Shown here piece by piece: positions 1 to 13,800 of a DNA stretch of 64,000 nucleotides (positions within the stretch are counted from its first letter, which is position 1; each line of letters starts with the position of its first letter). The position numbers and the translations under genes were made by a program. This DNA is from Nageia nagi. Taxonomy: Eukaryota; Plantae; Pinophyta. The notes beneath the pieces are model-generated. The model saw only the letters and a list, made by a program, of their open reading frames with translations, had not been told where the DNA came from and did not search any database. Location of the stretch: NCBI GenBank assembly GCA_050084985.1, contig JBITNC010000001.1:137268001-137332000 (forward strand), written 5' to 3'.

Positions 1-266
1 ATAATCTATATGATTTTCAATTGATAGAATCTATCACATCCTCTTCTTCAGAGATGATCCCCCTTTTTTTTTGTTTTCTTGCTTGCCTTTGATGTCTTTA
101 TATAGCAACACTTCTATTATAAGATTTGACCCCTAGGTCATAATATAATGGACCATTACATGAATTACATAGCTTTGGGTATTTTTAACCCCTTTTTACA
201 CAATACATCATTGAGGCTCTAAAATGAATTATTTAATAAATAATAATTCATTTTTATGTGTCTACA
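1..266 (-). mobile_element. Start of an LTR (TGTAGA...) on the minus strand, abutting/interrupting the Gypsy pol; same family as the LTR at 3452
   Basis: Reverse complement reads TGTAGACACATAAAAATGAATTATTATTTATTAAATAATTCATTTTAGAGCCTCAA, nearly identical to 3452 onward (TGTAGATGCCTAAAAATGAATTATTATTTATTAAATAATTCATTTTAAAGCCTCAA). Confidence 0.75.
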
Positions 267-2476
267 ATACTACCTTTGCAAAACTCTTATTGATTATGAA
301 ACTAGATACACACCCATGGAAAAGCTTTGCTTGGGTATTGTTTTTGCTATAAAATAATTGAGGCATTATCTTTTATATTGCACTATATATTTTGTTAGCC
401 TAGTTAATCCATTGAAATATCTTCTATAAAAATATCATTTATTAGGAAGAGTAGCTAAGTGGTTGATAATATTGCAAGAATCTGATATTTATTTGGTAAA
501 GAAAAAATCAGTGAAAGGGTAGGCAATTGTAGACTTAATAGCAAACTTACCTCAGATTGATGTTACAATGGTACATTAAGAGTTTCCAAATCTAAGTATG
601 ATGAAGATTCACATAGCAGTGCAACACTGACAAAAGGCCACCAACAACATCATATTGAAGAAACAAAAATTCTATATGACTTCATGTGTACATGGAGGAT
701 GAACCTATAGCATGGACCCTATATTTTGATGGATCTAAGTGTTCTTAAAAAGTGAGGGAAGGTATTGTTTTAGTCTCACCTACCAAAGAGGTAATTCCTA
801 TGGCTTATAAACTTGTATTTGAGTTCACTAATAACATGGCAAAGTATGAAGCTCTAATTTTAGGATCAAAAGCAACTATAACCCTAAATATAAAAGATTT
901 GGAAATTTATGGTGACTCACAGATTATGGTAAATCAAGTTAATGATACATACAATACAAAAGATAAAAAGTTAAATCCATATAATATAGTAGTTGTTGAG
1001 TTTCTTGATGAATTTAATAGGTATAGTATTCAAAATATTATAAGGCCTAATAACAAGTATGCAAATGCAATGGCAAGTGCAACTTCATTGGAACCAATTG
1101 AGATACAAGATGAAGAAACCATTCTCAAGATTAGAAAACTTGGTACACATTCTTACCTTGATCACATAGAGCAAATCCATGAATTTCAACTTGATTTAGA
1201 AGATGATTTCGAAAAATGGTATATTGATATTTATAATTATTTAAAAGATCAAATAATTCCTTCAAACTATGATAGAAATGAAAGAGTTATATTAAATAAG
1301 ATAGCTATCAAATATGTGCTCATTGGTAAAGTATTATATAAATTTTCATTTTATGGTGCTCTTTTAAGATGTCTAACACAGCATGAAACATCAACAACAT
1401 TAGAACAAGCACATGATGGGTTGTGTGGAGGACATTTTCATGCAAAGCCATTATACACTAAGCTTTTATGAATTGGTTACTATTAGCCTACAATGGAAGA
1501 AGATTGCAAGAATCATGTTAAAACCTATTTACAATGTCAAAAGCATGCAAATTTGGAGAAATAACCAACTCAAGAATTGAATTCCATAGTTTCACCTTAG
1601 TCATTTGCAACATGGGCATAGATTTGATTGGGCTTATCAACCCACATTCAAGGGAAGGTCATAAATTCATTATCATAGCTATAGATTTTACCATGAAATA
1701 GGTTGAAGCCATTCCAATGAAATCAGTTACATATGATAATATCATTGCATTCTTGATACAGAATATCATAACCAGGTTTGAGGTGCCACAAAGGTTGATC
1801 ATAGATATTGGGCCAAATTTTAAAGGTAGATACATGAAATCCTTTTGTAAAAAAAATCACATTGCTCAAACATTTTCTTTGATTTATTAACCTCAAGGAA
1901 ATGGTTAAGAGAAAGCATCAAATAAAACCATAAAGAGCATTCTATCTAAAAAATTGGGATAGATATAAGGCAGATTAGCATGAATAGCTAATGTATGCAT
2001 TGTGGGCATATAGAACAAGTATTAGAATAGCCACTAGGGAAAAACCATTTTCATTAGTCTATGGAGATGAAGTTGTAATACCACTAGAATTAGAGTTTCC
2101 ATCCTTAAGAATTTCACTATAGGGAGAAATATCAAATGAAGAGGTAAGAAAAAGTAGATTGCACTAATTGGAATCACTTGATGAGAAGAGAATTAAGGCA
2201 ATTGAACATTAGAAAGCTTATTAATCAAAATTGAAAAGGGAATTTAGAAACAAGATCAAACCAAAGGAATTCAAGGTGGGAGACTTGGTATTGAAAGAAA
2301 ATATTAACAAGACAATTGTAAATGATGAAGTAAAAAAAGAAATTTGAACCAAATTGGTTAGGCCCATTTATTGTAGTTGAAGCAATAGGATTAGGAGCTT
2401 ACAATTTATAATCTATGGATGGAAAATAAGAACCAAAAATTTCAATGAAATGCACTTTAAATGCTTCTTTATGTGA
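267..2476 (+). pseudogene. Decayed Ty3/Gypsy (Tat-like) pol: RT-RNase H end, additional RNase H, integrase
   Basis: ETRYTPMEKLCLGIVFA..LRHYL (RT-RNase H); YFDGS..GIVLVSP..TNNMAKYEALILG..IYGDSQ (second RNase H); HDGLCGGH zinc finger; WGIDLIG-like core with frameshifts; FKVGDLVLK..PNWLGPF (GPY/F). Many stops and frameshifts. Confidence 0.9.
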
Positions 2477-2656
2477 TATAGCAACCCTGTACCTTGCAAA
2501 ATAATGAATATTTTGTGCAAGATACATGTATTTTATTTTTTACTTTTATTTTTGTAGTTTCTTTCATTGTTACCATGCAGCTAGTGATATGCATTACTAT
2601 CTATGCATTGCTAATTGCATATAAACAAAAAAAAATAGTATAATATCTCTAGAATA

Positions 2657-2975
2657 TAGACATATAAATGTTAGGTCATCGATGGCCATCGATACGACTA
2701 GTGAGAATTCACTCACTTAAAAGACAAATTGTAAGTAGGATGTGGATATTGATTCATCATTAATGGATGATACAACTTATTATGTATATAGATGATTTTT
2801 TGTTTGAACTGTACAAAGCATAATATCTCAAGGTTATAGACATAAAATGTATGATCATCAATAGCCATCAATACGACTAGTGAGAGTTCACCCACTTAAA
2901 AGATAAATCAATGATGTAGTTGTAAGTAGATTGTTGAAATTAACTCATCATTAATGGATGATGAAACTCACTATG
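2657..2975 (+). repeat. ~180-bp degenerate tandem duplication in the Gypsy 3' non-coding region
   Basis: TAGACAT..GCCATC(G/A)ATACGACTAGTGAGA..CACTTAAAAGA..TCATCATTAATGGATGAT occurs at ~2657 and ~2837. Confidence 0.7.
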
Positions 2976-3451
2976 CATCCAAAATATTTTCATACAAGAT
3001 ATCTCTAACACTCTTTGCAGGTATCTACACCAAAAGATGAACACAAAATAAAGCAAACTTCACACAGCCAATGATGTGATGCATTGTTAACACATAGTTA
3101 ACGGTGTGCAAAATAAATAACTAAGAGATGAAATCAAAGTACCACTTTTGTATCAAGGCATGGATGTAAGAGCATTAGATTCCTAAGTATCAAAAATGAT
3201 GAAACGACTAGATACATGGTTGAACAGTGCAAGGGGACAAATGGATATAGTTTTTTAGATTTTATCTTGGTTACACCACTCAAGGAGATTTCTTGGGGAA
3301 ACCAAACCAAAAGGGGGTAGTAAAGGATCTTTATTATCATCATCAAATGGAAATGATAAATGGAGATTTAAAAAAAAAAAAAAATCTTCTACACTTCTTC
3401 TTTGGATATGTAATCTCATTTCTTCAATCATACCTCCAAAGAGGGGTAAAA

Positions 3452-4010
3452 TGTAGATGCCTAAAAATGAATTATTATTTATTAAATAATTCATTTTAAA
3501 GCCTCAAAGAATATGTATTGTAAAGAGGGTTAAAATATACCTAAGAAAATGTAATAAACTATGGTACAATATAATAGGTGTCAACTATAAAAGGAGATAC
3601 CATAAACAATGTAAAAGGTAGTGATCCCAAGAATTAAAGAGGATCAAAATGTTGTTATAAAAGAATACCAAAGGCAACATAAATGACATTGGTATATATC
3701 AAGAAATAGAAACCAAAACATGCAATATCATTCTATCCGACCAACAATGATGTTTTGTAACACCACCTTTGCATAGATCTATTAAATCCTTCATATTGCT
3801 TTTGCATATCTTTCTTTCTGTTAGTAGATATAAGTATTTCACGCAACCTATAGTGTGCTCTTAGGTTGTTAGAGGAGTTGGTTTCTTATGGTATACTATG
3901 GTGATTGATTTATGATCGATATTATTTCATTTGGATATAATTTTGATGAAGGTACATTGCTTATCATATTCATTTGATACCATATTTTTGATATATGCTT
4001 CAATAATATA
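3452..4010 (+). mobile_element. Probable 3' LTR of the Gypsy element (right boundary uncertain)
   Basis: Purine tract AAAGAGGGGTAAAA directly precedes TGTAGA at 3452; homologous to the LTR at 1-266. Confidence 0.6.
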
Positions 4011-4980
4011 TAGTAGACAAATAGTACATTCATTTATTATTCATGCATTATTTTAAGTCTACACTAGCATCATGTGCAGTGCACATTAGTCACTAGGTGT
4101 AGTGTGCCTCCCTCCTTTGTACCAAGTGCACTATGCCTATAAACATAGTCTAATGGGCTATATTTAGCATGCATAGGATTGTGTTTTTTATCTTCTAATT
4201 TAGTCTAGATGATGTTATTTTAGGTGTGGATTTTGCCTAGTTTTCTTCAAGTATGAAAAGATAAATTTAAGATATAAATTTAAGATATTCTAGTTGGCTT
4301 TTAGATTGGATTGTAACAAGTTGTTATTATGCAATTTGAGTTTATTTTTAGCACAATCTATTTCTAGGTTTGTCCAAAACTTATATGCATGTAATGATTT
4401 TATTTTTAAATGCAATGAAAGTAGAATACTTTTCATTATGTTATCAGAGCTTTAGAGAGATCTATTAGGTTAGAGTTAGTGGGTTCAATTGCAAAAATTT
4501 ATTAAATTATTTCAACAAACTTTAGTCTTCTAATTTTTTGTTGTGTTGAGCAATATGGCTACAAAAAATAATACTCTACCCATTCAAGAGTTCCATGGAG
4601 AGGATTATGAGTATTGGTTTATTAAGATGAAGGCATTACTCATAGGAAAGGGGATTTGGGATATAGTTGATGAAAGATACAGTGATCTGGTAGATTGGAA
4701 TACTCTTTTGGATAATGATAAGAATGATAAGAAGGAGGCTCATAAGAATAACTCCTTTGCACTCTATCATCTACAAGCTACCTTGGATAAGAGCATATTC
4801 TCATGAATTACTTCATGCACTTTAGCCCAAGATGCATAGAAATAAATCAAGGATAGCTATCAAGGTAGCACCCAAGTGAAGCAAGTGAGTTTGTAAATCC
4901 TCAAGAGATATTTTGAGAATACTAATATGTAAACCAATGAGATGGTGGAAGATTATTGTGTGAGAGTCAAAGCATGTGTG
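4011..4980 (+). mobile_element. Truncated Ty1/Copia 5' part: LTR end, PBS and gag N-terminus
   Basis: ...TTTCA then TGTTATCAGAGC (tRNA-Met PBS variant) at ~4439-4450; ORF with FHGEDYEYWFIKMKALLIGKGIWDIV (Copia gag N-terminal motif), then stops. Left boundary approximate. Confidence 0.75.
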
Positions 4981-5269
4981 GAATGATGATTTATATTATC
5001 CCCTCTTTGCCTTTATTTTGAGATGGAATAGTTTTCATGAAGTAGAATCAACCAAGAGTAAAGAATAACCTGAAAGATAAGAGAGATAAAACTACAAACT
5101 CTAAGCTTATATGATGGTATACTCATAAAAAATATAGCAATGATAATAAGAGTAAATCATCATAACATTTCATCACAAATGAGAACACCAAATATTCTAT
5201 TCTTAGATATATATCATCATAAAAATACTCAATTTTTCATTCCTAGATGCATACATACAAGATTATAAC

Positions 5270-5650
5270 AAGTTGTGTCAACATTATCATGAGTTACATG
5301 CCCCATTCCTAGATGCAACATGGAAGGTCATAACAATATATGTTTACATCATCATGAGGTACATGTCCCATTCCTAGATGCAAATGTATTACTATAAAAT
5401 AAACTATGATGGTTAATAAAGGAGACCATAAAGAGTGTCACACACCATCATGGGGTGCAAATACCTCATTCATAGATTTAGACAAGATATACAAACATCA
5501 TCATGAGGTACATGCCCCATTCCTAGATGCAACATATGAACATAACAAGATATGCCTTATATCATCTGAAGTGCATGCCCTATTCCTAGATGCAAACAAG
5601 ATATACCAACATTGTCATGAGGTACATGCTCTAGTATTATATGTGATATA
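5270..5650. repeat. Degenerate ~55-60-bp tandem repeats (CATCATCATGAGGTACATGCCCCATTCCTAGATGCAA core)
   Basis: Core recurs at about 5285, 5347, 5497, 5560 and 5610. Confidence 0.7.
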
Positions 5651-5673
5651 AGATCATAAAGAGTAATTATAGT

Positions 5674-5945
5674 GATAGTTAATTTAAACCCAACCAACAA
5701 AGGTGATCATAACAATATTGGAGGTTAGTTTAGATCCAACCAATAAATGTGACTCAAAATAATAATGGAGGTTAGTTTAGATCTAACTAATAAAGGTGAA
5801 TCAAAGCAATAGTGGAGGTTAGTTTAGACCCAACTAACAAACATGAGTCAAATCACTAGTGACAGTTAGTTTAAACCCAACCAATAAAGGTGACTCAAAG
5901 AAATAATGAAGGTTAGTTTAGATCCAACCAGAAAAGGTGACTTAT
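5674..5945. repeat. 47-bp tandem array, ~6 copies
   Basis: Unit GGAGGTTAGTTTAGATCCAACCAATAAAGGTGACTCAAA.. starts at 5674, 5720, 5767, 5814, 5861 and 5908. Confidence 0.85.
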
Positions 5946-7381
5946 ATGGTAATTAGCATAATGATTAGTTTATTCCTAATCAAAAATGTTGATATGTATT
6001 TTGGTACACCTAGGTTTATCTCTAAATGACCTGAAAGCATGAATACATTTATTTGTATGATGAGCCTAAGCTAATTAACTCAAATAAATATACATGAATA
6101 AGGGAATTAATAGTGTAGTAATAGAAAAATGAAATTACAATGATGTCAAGATGTAAAACACAAATACATACATGAAAGAAAAATGAATCAAGTGAAAGAT
6201 AAATTATATGTATCAAGATTGAGAATATGATGGATGAACTTGTTGGATACTAGTGACCTTTCTACATGAACCCTAAGGATAAATGCATAAGAAATACCAA
6301 TATGGATGCTAGTCTCAAATAACTTAGTGTAGACACTAACGATCCTGAAGAATGAGGTTTTCCAGTAATGATCAATGAAAACAAAGATGATGATAATTGA
6401 GCCAAGCATATGATCATAGAAGTGGATGAAAGATATTTGCTCAAGTGACAACAAGATTCCAATCTCAATAGCTAATGTTTAAAAACATCCAAGTTTAGGG
6501 TACCAACTATCGAAATGTAATCTTGACATATTTTCCCTAGGTTAGAGATACTTACATTATATCAAGTGTAATTCACCATTTTAACCCCTTGTATGAAGGT
6601 AGTAGTCATCCCGATATACCTAACATAAAACATAAGAACACAACCTGAGAAGTAAGTGATAATAAGGTAAAATATGATTAAATATGATTCAAACATATAT
6701 GTAAGTTGCACCTACGTGGAACCATATAAAGGGAAACACTTTTAGGTATTAACAAATAAAGTAACCAAAATATATTATTATAGTACCAATGTTAATGTGG
6801 TCATTAGAATGATGATTGGTTTAGTCCCAATCAATAAACTAAACAAAAAGAAATGGTTGATGTGGTTCCAAACAAGTGATTATAAAATAGGGATGGTTAT
6901 TTAATGTCCACCCAACAAGGACATGATTAACAAAGCAATATAAGAGAAAATAGTTTGCATGTATTAGTTATACATGTGAAAACATAAAGTAGTAAAGCAA
7001 GATGCTAATGATAATGATATCATATTTCTTAAATGATTTTGATAAAGAAAGCATTTTACTAATGAATCATATATGCATTTAGCAAGAATATGATCATAAA
7101 GAAGTAATTTCATTTTGTTTTCCAACTAGAAATGATGTCATATGTCAAATATGTGCAAAGATATACACTTCACTAAAAAATAAATTGATTTTATTTTCCA
7201 TTTAAACAAGCATGTATATGACCATGATCATAGCAATGTGCACAAATTGAAAATAGAAATCATAAAAGAGAAAGAGATACAAAAAAAATTTGATAAATAC
7301 CTGAGTGCATGTCCCCAGGTCTTGTATTATGAATCAAAGATGTATACTACCCCAACGTGAACACTACTACTACCACCAATG

Positions 7382-7879
7382 TGTAGAAATGTATAATGCA
7401 TTATTGTAAAGGTTTGTATTAATAATCTTTATAAATTCACTAATACTTAAGGGTGTAATTAGATACCTTAAGTATTTAAGTGAATATGATAATGTAACTT
7501 GTCCTACACTCCATGTCATGAGCATGCCCCTTGGATAAAATAGAGTGCATGTCATGCCTTTGTACATTGGGTAAAAGGGTGATCCAAAGAGGGATTTTGG
7601 CCTATAAATAGAAGGCTCCTTCTTTGTTATCAAAAACCAATTTGTGGAGTAAATTTATGCTAGAGGATAGTGTTTAAGACTTGAGGTTAGAAAGATTGTA
7701 AGAGTTCATATTTGAGATTAAGAGAGATCTAGTTAGTGGATGTACTTCTAGTTGGAGGAACCACTTACATCTTATGTTATCTTTATGAGATTGCTTTGTG
7801 AGTTTGTTAGATTTGAATTGCTATATTTCATGTGATCTTAGAATTTTATAGTTTTTTAGTTTATAGTTCAACTCTTTCA
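7382..7879 (+). repeat. Copia 5' LTR
   Basis: TGTAGAAATGTATAATGC...TTCAACTCTTTCA, contains TATAAATA; about 90% identical to 23518-24015 by eye (~46 substitutions). Confidence 0.93.
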
Positions 7880-10811
7880 TTTGGTATCAAAGCCTATTTG
7901 AAGGTTCTTCATCATTTTGGAGCTCTTCTTCCTTCAACTTGAAGGTATTCTTCCTTAAATTTTGAAGTCTTGTTGAGGTAAACTCAAGAGAAGGTATAAA
8001 TTCCTTTTCCATTAGTTATTTATTTGGATTATTTCATTGTGATACTAACATAGTTTGTGAGATATGTTAGTACATTTTTATTATTAAAATGATGCAATTT
8101 GCATTTTTTTACTAACCCTTTTAGTAGAAATTTTTTATATATTTCTTAGGATATTGATAAAAAAAATTAATAAAAAAGAGGGGTTAGTATACAAAAATTG
8201 CATTTTTTTTGAAATAATACTCTCATCTCTTTGATAATTTTTTCTTACTAAGCTCAAAATATAAAAGGGGGAGAATATTGAAGTTTAAAATGTTATAGGG
8301 TATTTTTTATTTAATATAATATATTTCAAAATGTGTTATATTAATTATAAAAGAAGGAGGAAATTTTTTAACAAAAAGATATTTGTATTTAAAAATAGAA
8401 GAGGGAAGTATGTATAAAAATCTCATCTTTCATTTCTTGTACAAGTTATCCAAATCTTTTTTCTCAATAGATTTGTACATATTTTTGTGAAGTATTTTAA
8501 AAATGTGAAGTATTTGTACTAACTCTACAAATTCTTGTTGAGTTTTTAAAAAAACTTATGTTCTTTTGAAAAGATTGGAAGGGGGGTCTGCTACAAGCAT
8601 GAACCCTTTCAAATGCTGAATGTGGCCCCCTCATAGGTCTGCTCAATTCCTTATTTATGTAGGGTTTTAGGAAAGGAGAGTAGACCCCTTCTTCCTACAT
8701 AGCCCAAGCTTTATTTGTTTACTTGCCCCTTCACTCCTTGTGTCTTCCCAACTGCTCCTTGGGTGCCTCTCTTGGACACTTCCGTCCACCCTACGATCAG
8801 CTCCTACTACTCCTCCATCTACTAACATGCCTCTATTTCTATTCTCTACACAACCCTTCAACAATGATTCACCCTTTCATCTCCATCTCCTTTTTTAATG
8901 TTTCTCTTCTATGCATAGCCCTTCATTAGGCATTATTTAATATTTCTCCATTGCCCTCATGGGCTATTGCAAAAGCCCTTATAGCCTAGTAAAATTAAAA
9001 CAAAAATCTACTTCATCTCTTCATTTGCTCATCGCCTCCTCATCTCACATAGCCCTTTCATTTGGCCCTAAACATGAAACTCTCCTCCTCGCTTGAACCT
9101 CTCCTCCTCGTGTGAACCTCTCTTGATTTTTTCTATTAAGCCTTAGTCTGGTTTCATCTACTCACCTCCCCTTGGATCTTCTCCTTGAAAGCCATTCATA
9201 TTTGTTTTAAATATGCTTGCTCCCTCATCAGTTCTCCTTGTAAAATCTCATTAATTTGTTGGTAGATTACTTTCAATTCTTACAAGTTATAGTTATTTTT
9301 TTATAGAAACCCATACATTATGGTTTTTCCATTAATTGATGTCCTTCATATTTATTTCACTTTGACTTGGAGTAGGGTTAAAATCAGAATGAATGATGAC
9401 TTTTCAATCTTTATCTTGTTTAATTGGAAAACATCGTGATAAAAGTACTAAAGGAATTTTTTTTACTTCTTACAATTATGGTAAATGTTACTTGGGTAAA
9501 AGTAATAAATAAAAAAAAAATTCCTTAGTTAAATTTCCTAAGGTTAAAATTGCAAAGTCAATGATTATTGAAGGGCTCTTTTTGTCAAACAAATAATGGG
9601 GAATTTTTTTTATAATTGTTGGTTACTTAAAAAAAGAGAGATTAGAATACATACCTATTAAAAATTAAAAATTTTTGAATGCATGACTAGATTTTTTTTA
9701 TCTCTATAAAGCATTCATTTGTTTATAATTAAGTATTTATCTTTTTTTAAGATAAATTTATACAAATTAAAAGGAAATGATGCATGCTTATTAATGATGC
9801 ATACTTAATTTTTTAAGTTATGGGATTGATGCATGCTAAGTACTTTCTTATGCAAAGTTAATGGACTTGTGCAAATTATGGCATTTCTATCCTTATGCAA
9901 AGTTAACTTAATTGATGATGCATGCTTATTTCTTTTAATTATGCATGCTTATGCTTAAGTATTTATCATTTTTTCTTGCAAAATTAACTTATGCAAATTA
10001 TGGACCTATGTAAAAATGTCCTTTAGGGGTTAGTAAACAAAATCCATTGGACTCTTAAGGTTCCAAGTTATGAATGGATGATGTTTAATTTATGCTCTTT
10101 ACTTCATGTTTAGCACTTTTGCCTAATTTACTTATACAAAAATTGTAAACATTGAAATGATCATCTCTCTAAAATGAACACTTTCACACATACATTCTAC
10201 AACATGACTTGTTTGGGAAGCCATGAGGTGAGGATAGGCGGATTGGAGCCTTTAATTTTGATGATCCAAATGGTGAAAAGTTTGTACTTCTCAATTACCC
10301 TTAAGTCCTCTGATGGTCTGGATATAACTCCAATAGGTGGACAAGCATGTGTGTAGTGATACCACATGTTTGCATGTTCATTCAAGAATTATCCTAATAA
10401 CTTAGAAGAAAAACTTGAAACCTAATCAAGATTAATAATTTGGTCGATCCAATAAATGTCATAACCTTAGAAAATAGTAGGTACTTCTCCTTGTGAAAAA
10501 GTATAATACTAACCAAGGTGAACTAGTTGAGGATTGGTAGTACTTGGGTTCCTCTTGTGTGGGCATCCAAGTGAAGGCCTAATTTTAGATAAAAAAAAAT
10601 AAGCCTCAATAATGTCACTCTAGATCTATAGTTCTTGAGATGAGAAATGTATTTGGGAACATGGGTTATTATTTGAGTTGTAAAACATTTGCATTTGTGA
10701 ATCAAATCAAGCATATCTCTAGTGTTAAATTTAGCATGTATTATTTACTTGGTTAAAACATAACATATAATATTATTTATTGAACCACATGCTTATTATT
10801 TTTTCATATCC

Positions 10812-13800
10812 TTGTGTAGCAAATGGGAGACTCCTTTTTACCCAAACACATTCTTGATGGTTCCAACTTTAAGGAAGCTTTGGAAAATAATTAATGAGAA
10901 CCTTGTACCTTCTATAAAAGAGAAGGCACTAGAAGCTTACTACACAAAGAATGAGTTGGCAACTTCCATGATCTTTCATGCAATTTCAAATGATGTGCTC
11001 TTGATGATTTTCTTTTCAACCTCAACAAAGGAAGCTTAGGATAAGCTTAAACAAATCTACCTTGGTTTAAAATTTTCAAGAAGGTTTACCATTCTCTAAA
11101 ATTTATTTCAATCTCATCAAAGGGAAGATGAAATGTGGCTATATAGTTGAATAAAATCATTGATCTAAGGACTTAACTTATTGCTTGTGAGTGCAATTGG
11201 ATCAATGATGAGTTCATGATCTTCATCATTCTTTAAAGACTTTTTTTAAAGTTTGGTAACTTTGTGATGGTTATGGAAACAAGGCTTGATGATAAAGAAG
11301 AAATCTTATCCCTTGAAAACCTTTTTAGACTCCTTTTAAAGAATGAAAAAACCTTTAACAAAAAGATGCTGATTTCTTCTCCTAAAGATAATCACGTTGC
11401 TATTGGAGCAACCAAAACTTCTTTCAATAATAATTTCAACCATCAAAAAAATTTTATCCTTCTTCCTCCAAAAGGTTTGAGATAAGAGGCAATGGTAACA
11501 ATGGTAGCAGGAATAATGGCAACAATGGCAACAACAAAAATAACAACAACAGCAATAGAAATAATGGCAACAACAACCACTTCAAGCAAAAATATGGAAA
11601 AGGTAAAGCAAATAATTCATATCCTAAGAAAAAAATTTGATGGTAATTGTAACTATTATGGCATCCAAGGTCACAAAGAAGTTGATTGCTAAAAAAAAAA
11701 AAAGAGAGAAAAAGAACAAAAGTAATGAAAATGTAAAGAATTTGAAAGGAAAGAAGAATATTAAAGCTATTTTTGCTATGATGCTTTACTCCATATCTCA
11801 CATATTTTTTTCTAATTGTATTATTGCTTCTAGTTGCACTAATCACCTATGCTTTGAAAAAGATAAGTTTGAGAACTCTCATAAGTATAGAAAAGATATG
11901 GTTACGATAGGTGATAACTCTACCCTTGAAATCCAAAGAATTCAGATTGTGTTGATTCATGAGAAGCTTATTAAAAATATGCTCTATGTTCCTAAGCCTA
12001 GGATGAACCTTCTTTCCATGATCCAAGTTGCTAGAAACGAATACTTTTTTGAGTTTGACTCTCAATCTTGGTGCATAAAGAAAGGAATTGCCATGTTGGC
12101 TAAAGGATTAGTGAAACATGATCTCTACATTATGAATCAAATTTTATCAAATATGTTTTTTGCTACAAGTGTGTGTTCTAGAGGCAATCTTTGGCACCAA
12201 TGTTTAAGGTACCTTAACCATAAGAGTATTCAATTCATGAAAGACCAAGAGCTTATGGAAGGTTTGCCTTCAATTTCTCCTTTGATTGGTCTATGTGAGA
12301 AATGCATCTCAATAATTGCATAAGCAAAAATTTGAAAAAGATAAGGCAACAAGAGCATCTCAACCTCTTCAATTTATGCATTTAGATTTGATGGATCCAT
12401 TTTAGATTAAGTCATTTGGAGGAGCATCTTATGTCTTGATCTTTATTGATGACTTTAGTAGAATGACCTTTGGGTATCTACTTGAGCACAAGGATCAAAC
12501 CTTTGAGAGTTTTAAATTTTTAAGGCCTTTGTTGAGAATCATACTAAATTTAAAATTATAATGTTGAGATCAAATAATGGGGGAGAATATAATAGCAATG
12601 AGTTTAATGACTATTATTCTAAGTATGGAATCAAAAGGTAGTTTATGATTCCTTACACTTTTCAGTAGAATGGTGTTATCAAAAGGAAAAATAGAATAAT
12701 TATGAAAATGGCTAGATGCATGTTGGGTAATCTTCTTAGTTTCTTATGAGGTGAAACTATGAGCATTTCTATTTACACTTTAAATAGATGTCTCATAAAA
12801 GCTATTCAGGGTAAAACTCCTTTTGAGACATGGTTAAAAAGAAAACCTAACATTTCTCATCTTAAGGTGTTTGGTTGTGAAGCATTCTCCTACATTATTT
12901 CTAAAAAAAGGAAAAAATTGGACAAAAATGTTGAAAAATGCATCTTTGTGGGTTATGATAGTTAGCATAGAGATTACAAGATTTACTCTCCTTCCTACAA
13001 AGCTGTGTTTGTTTCAAGGGATGTAAAGCTCAATGAAATTCTTGATGAATCTACTTCTAATGAAGATGTTGATAATCTAGAGTAATCTTTAGTTGCACCT
13101 TGCTGGTTCAATATTGATATAGATAAGTCACCTCAAGAATAAAATTCTCTAACATAAAGAGTAACAAGGAGCATGAACTTGAATAAATCTTTATTTACCA
13201 AGATTGACAACAAGCATGAGCCCTCAACCTTCAAATAAGCTTCTAAGCATGAGTGTTGGATGGAAGCCATGAAAGTGGAGTATGAGGTGCTTATGAAAAA
13301 TGAAACTTGAGATTTAATTCCTTATCCTAATAAAAAAAATATGATTAGTAATAAGTGAATCTACAAGATCAAGTTCAATTCAGTTGGAGATATTGAGAAA
13401 TACAAGGCAAAGTTAGTAGCCAAAGGTTTTGCTCAGAAATACAATCTAGATTATGAGAAAACCTTTGCTCCTATGGTAAATATGCCTACTGTAAGGATTA
13501 TCCTTGCTCTTTCTATAGCTCAAGGATGGAAAGTTTTTCAACTTGACATCAAGAGTGCATTTCTCAATGGTGACTTAGATGAGAAAATCTTCATGAATCA
13601 TCTAGAAGCATTTATTATGGAAGGTAAAGAGTCCTTTGTGTGCAAGCTAAATAAGTCATTGTATGGACTTAAGTAAGCACCTTGAGCCAAGTATAAAAAT
13701 ATTTCAAGGTACTTAGGAGACATTGGATTCTCTAAGTGTTTTTTAACTCTGATCAATATGTGCTCAATCAAGGAAAAGACATGGTCTTGATTCTCCTTTA

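Noticed and set aside
5674-5945. Regular repeat array as a CRISPR
   Set aside because: Head-to-tail units with no unique spacers, no cas genes, eukaryotic TE context.
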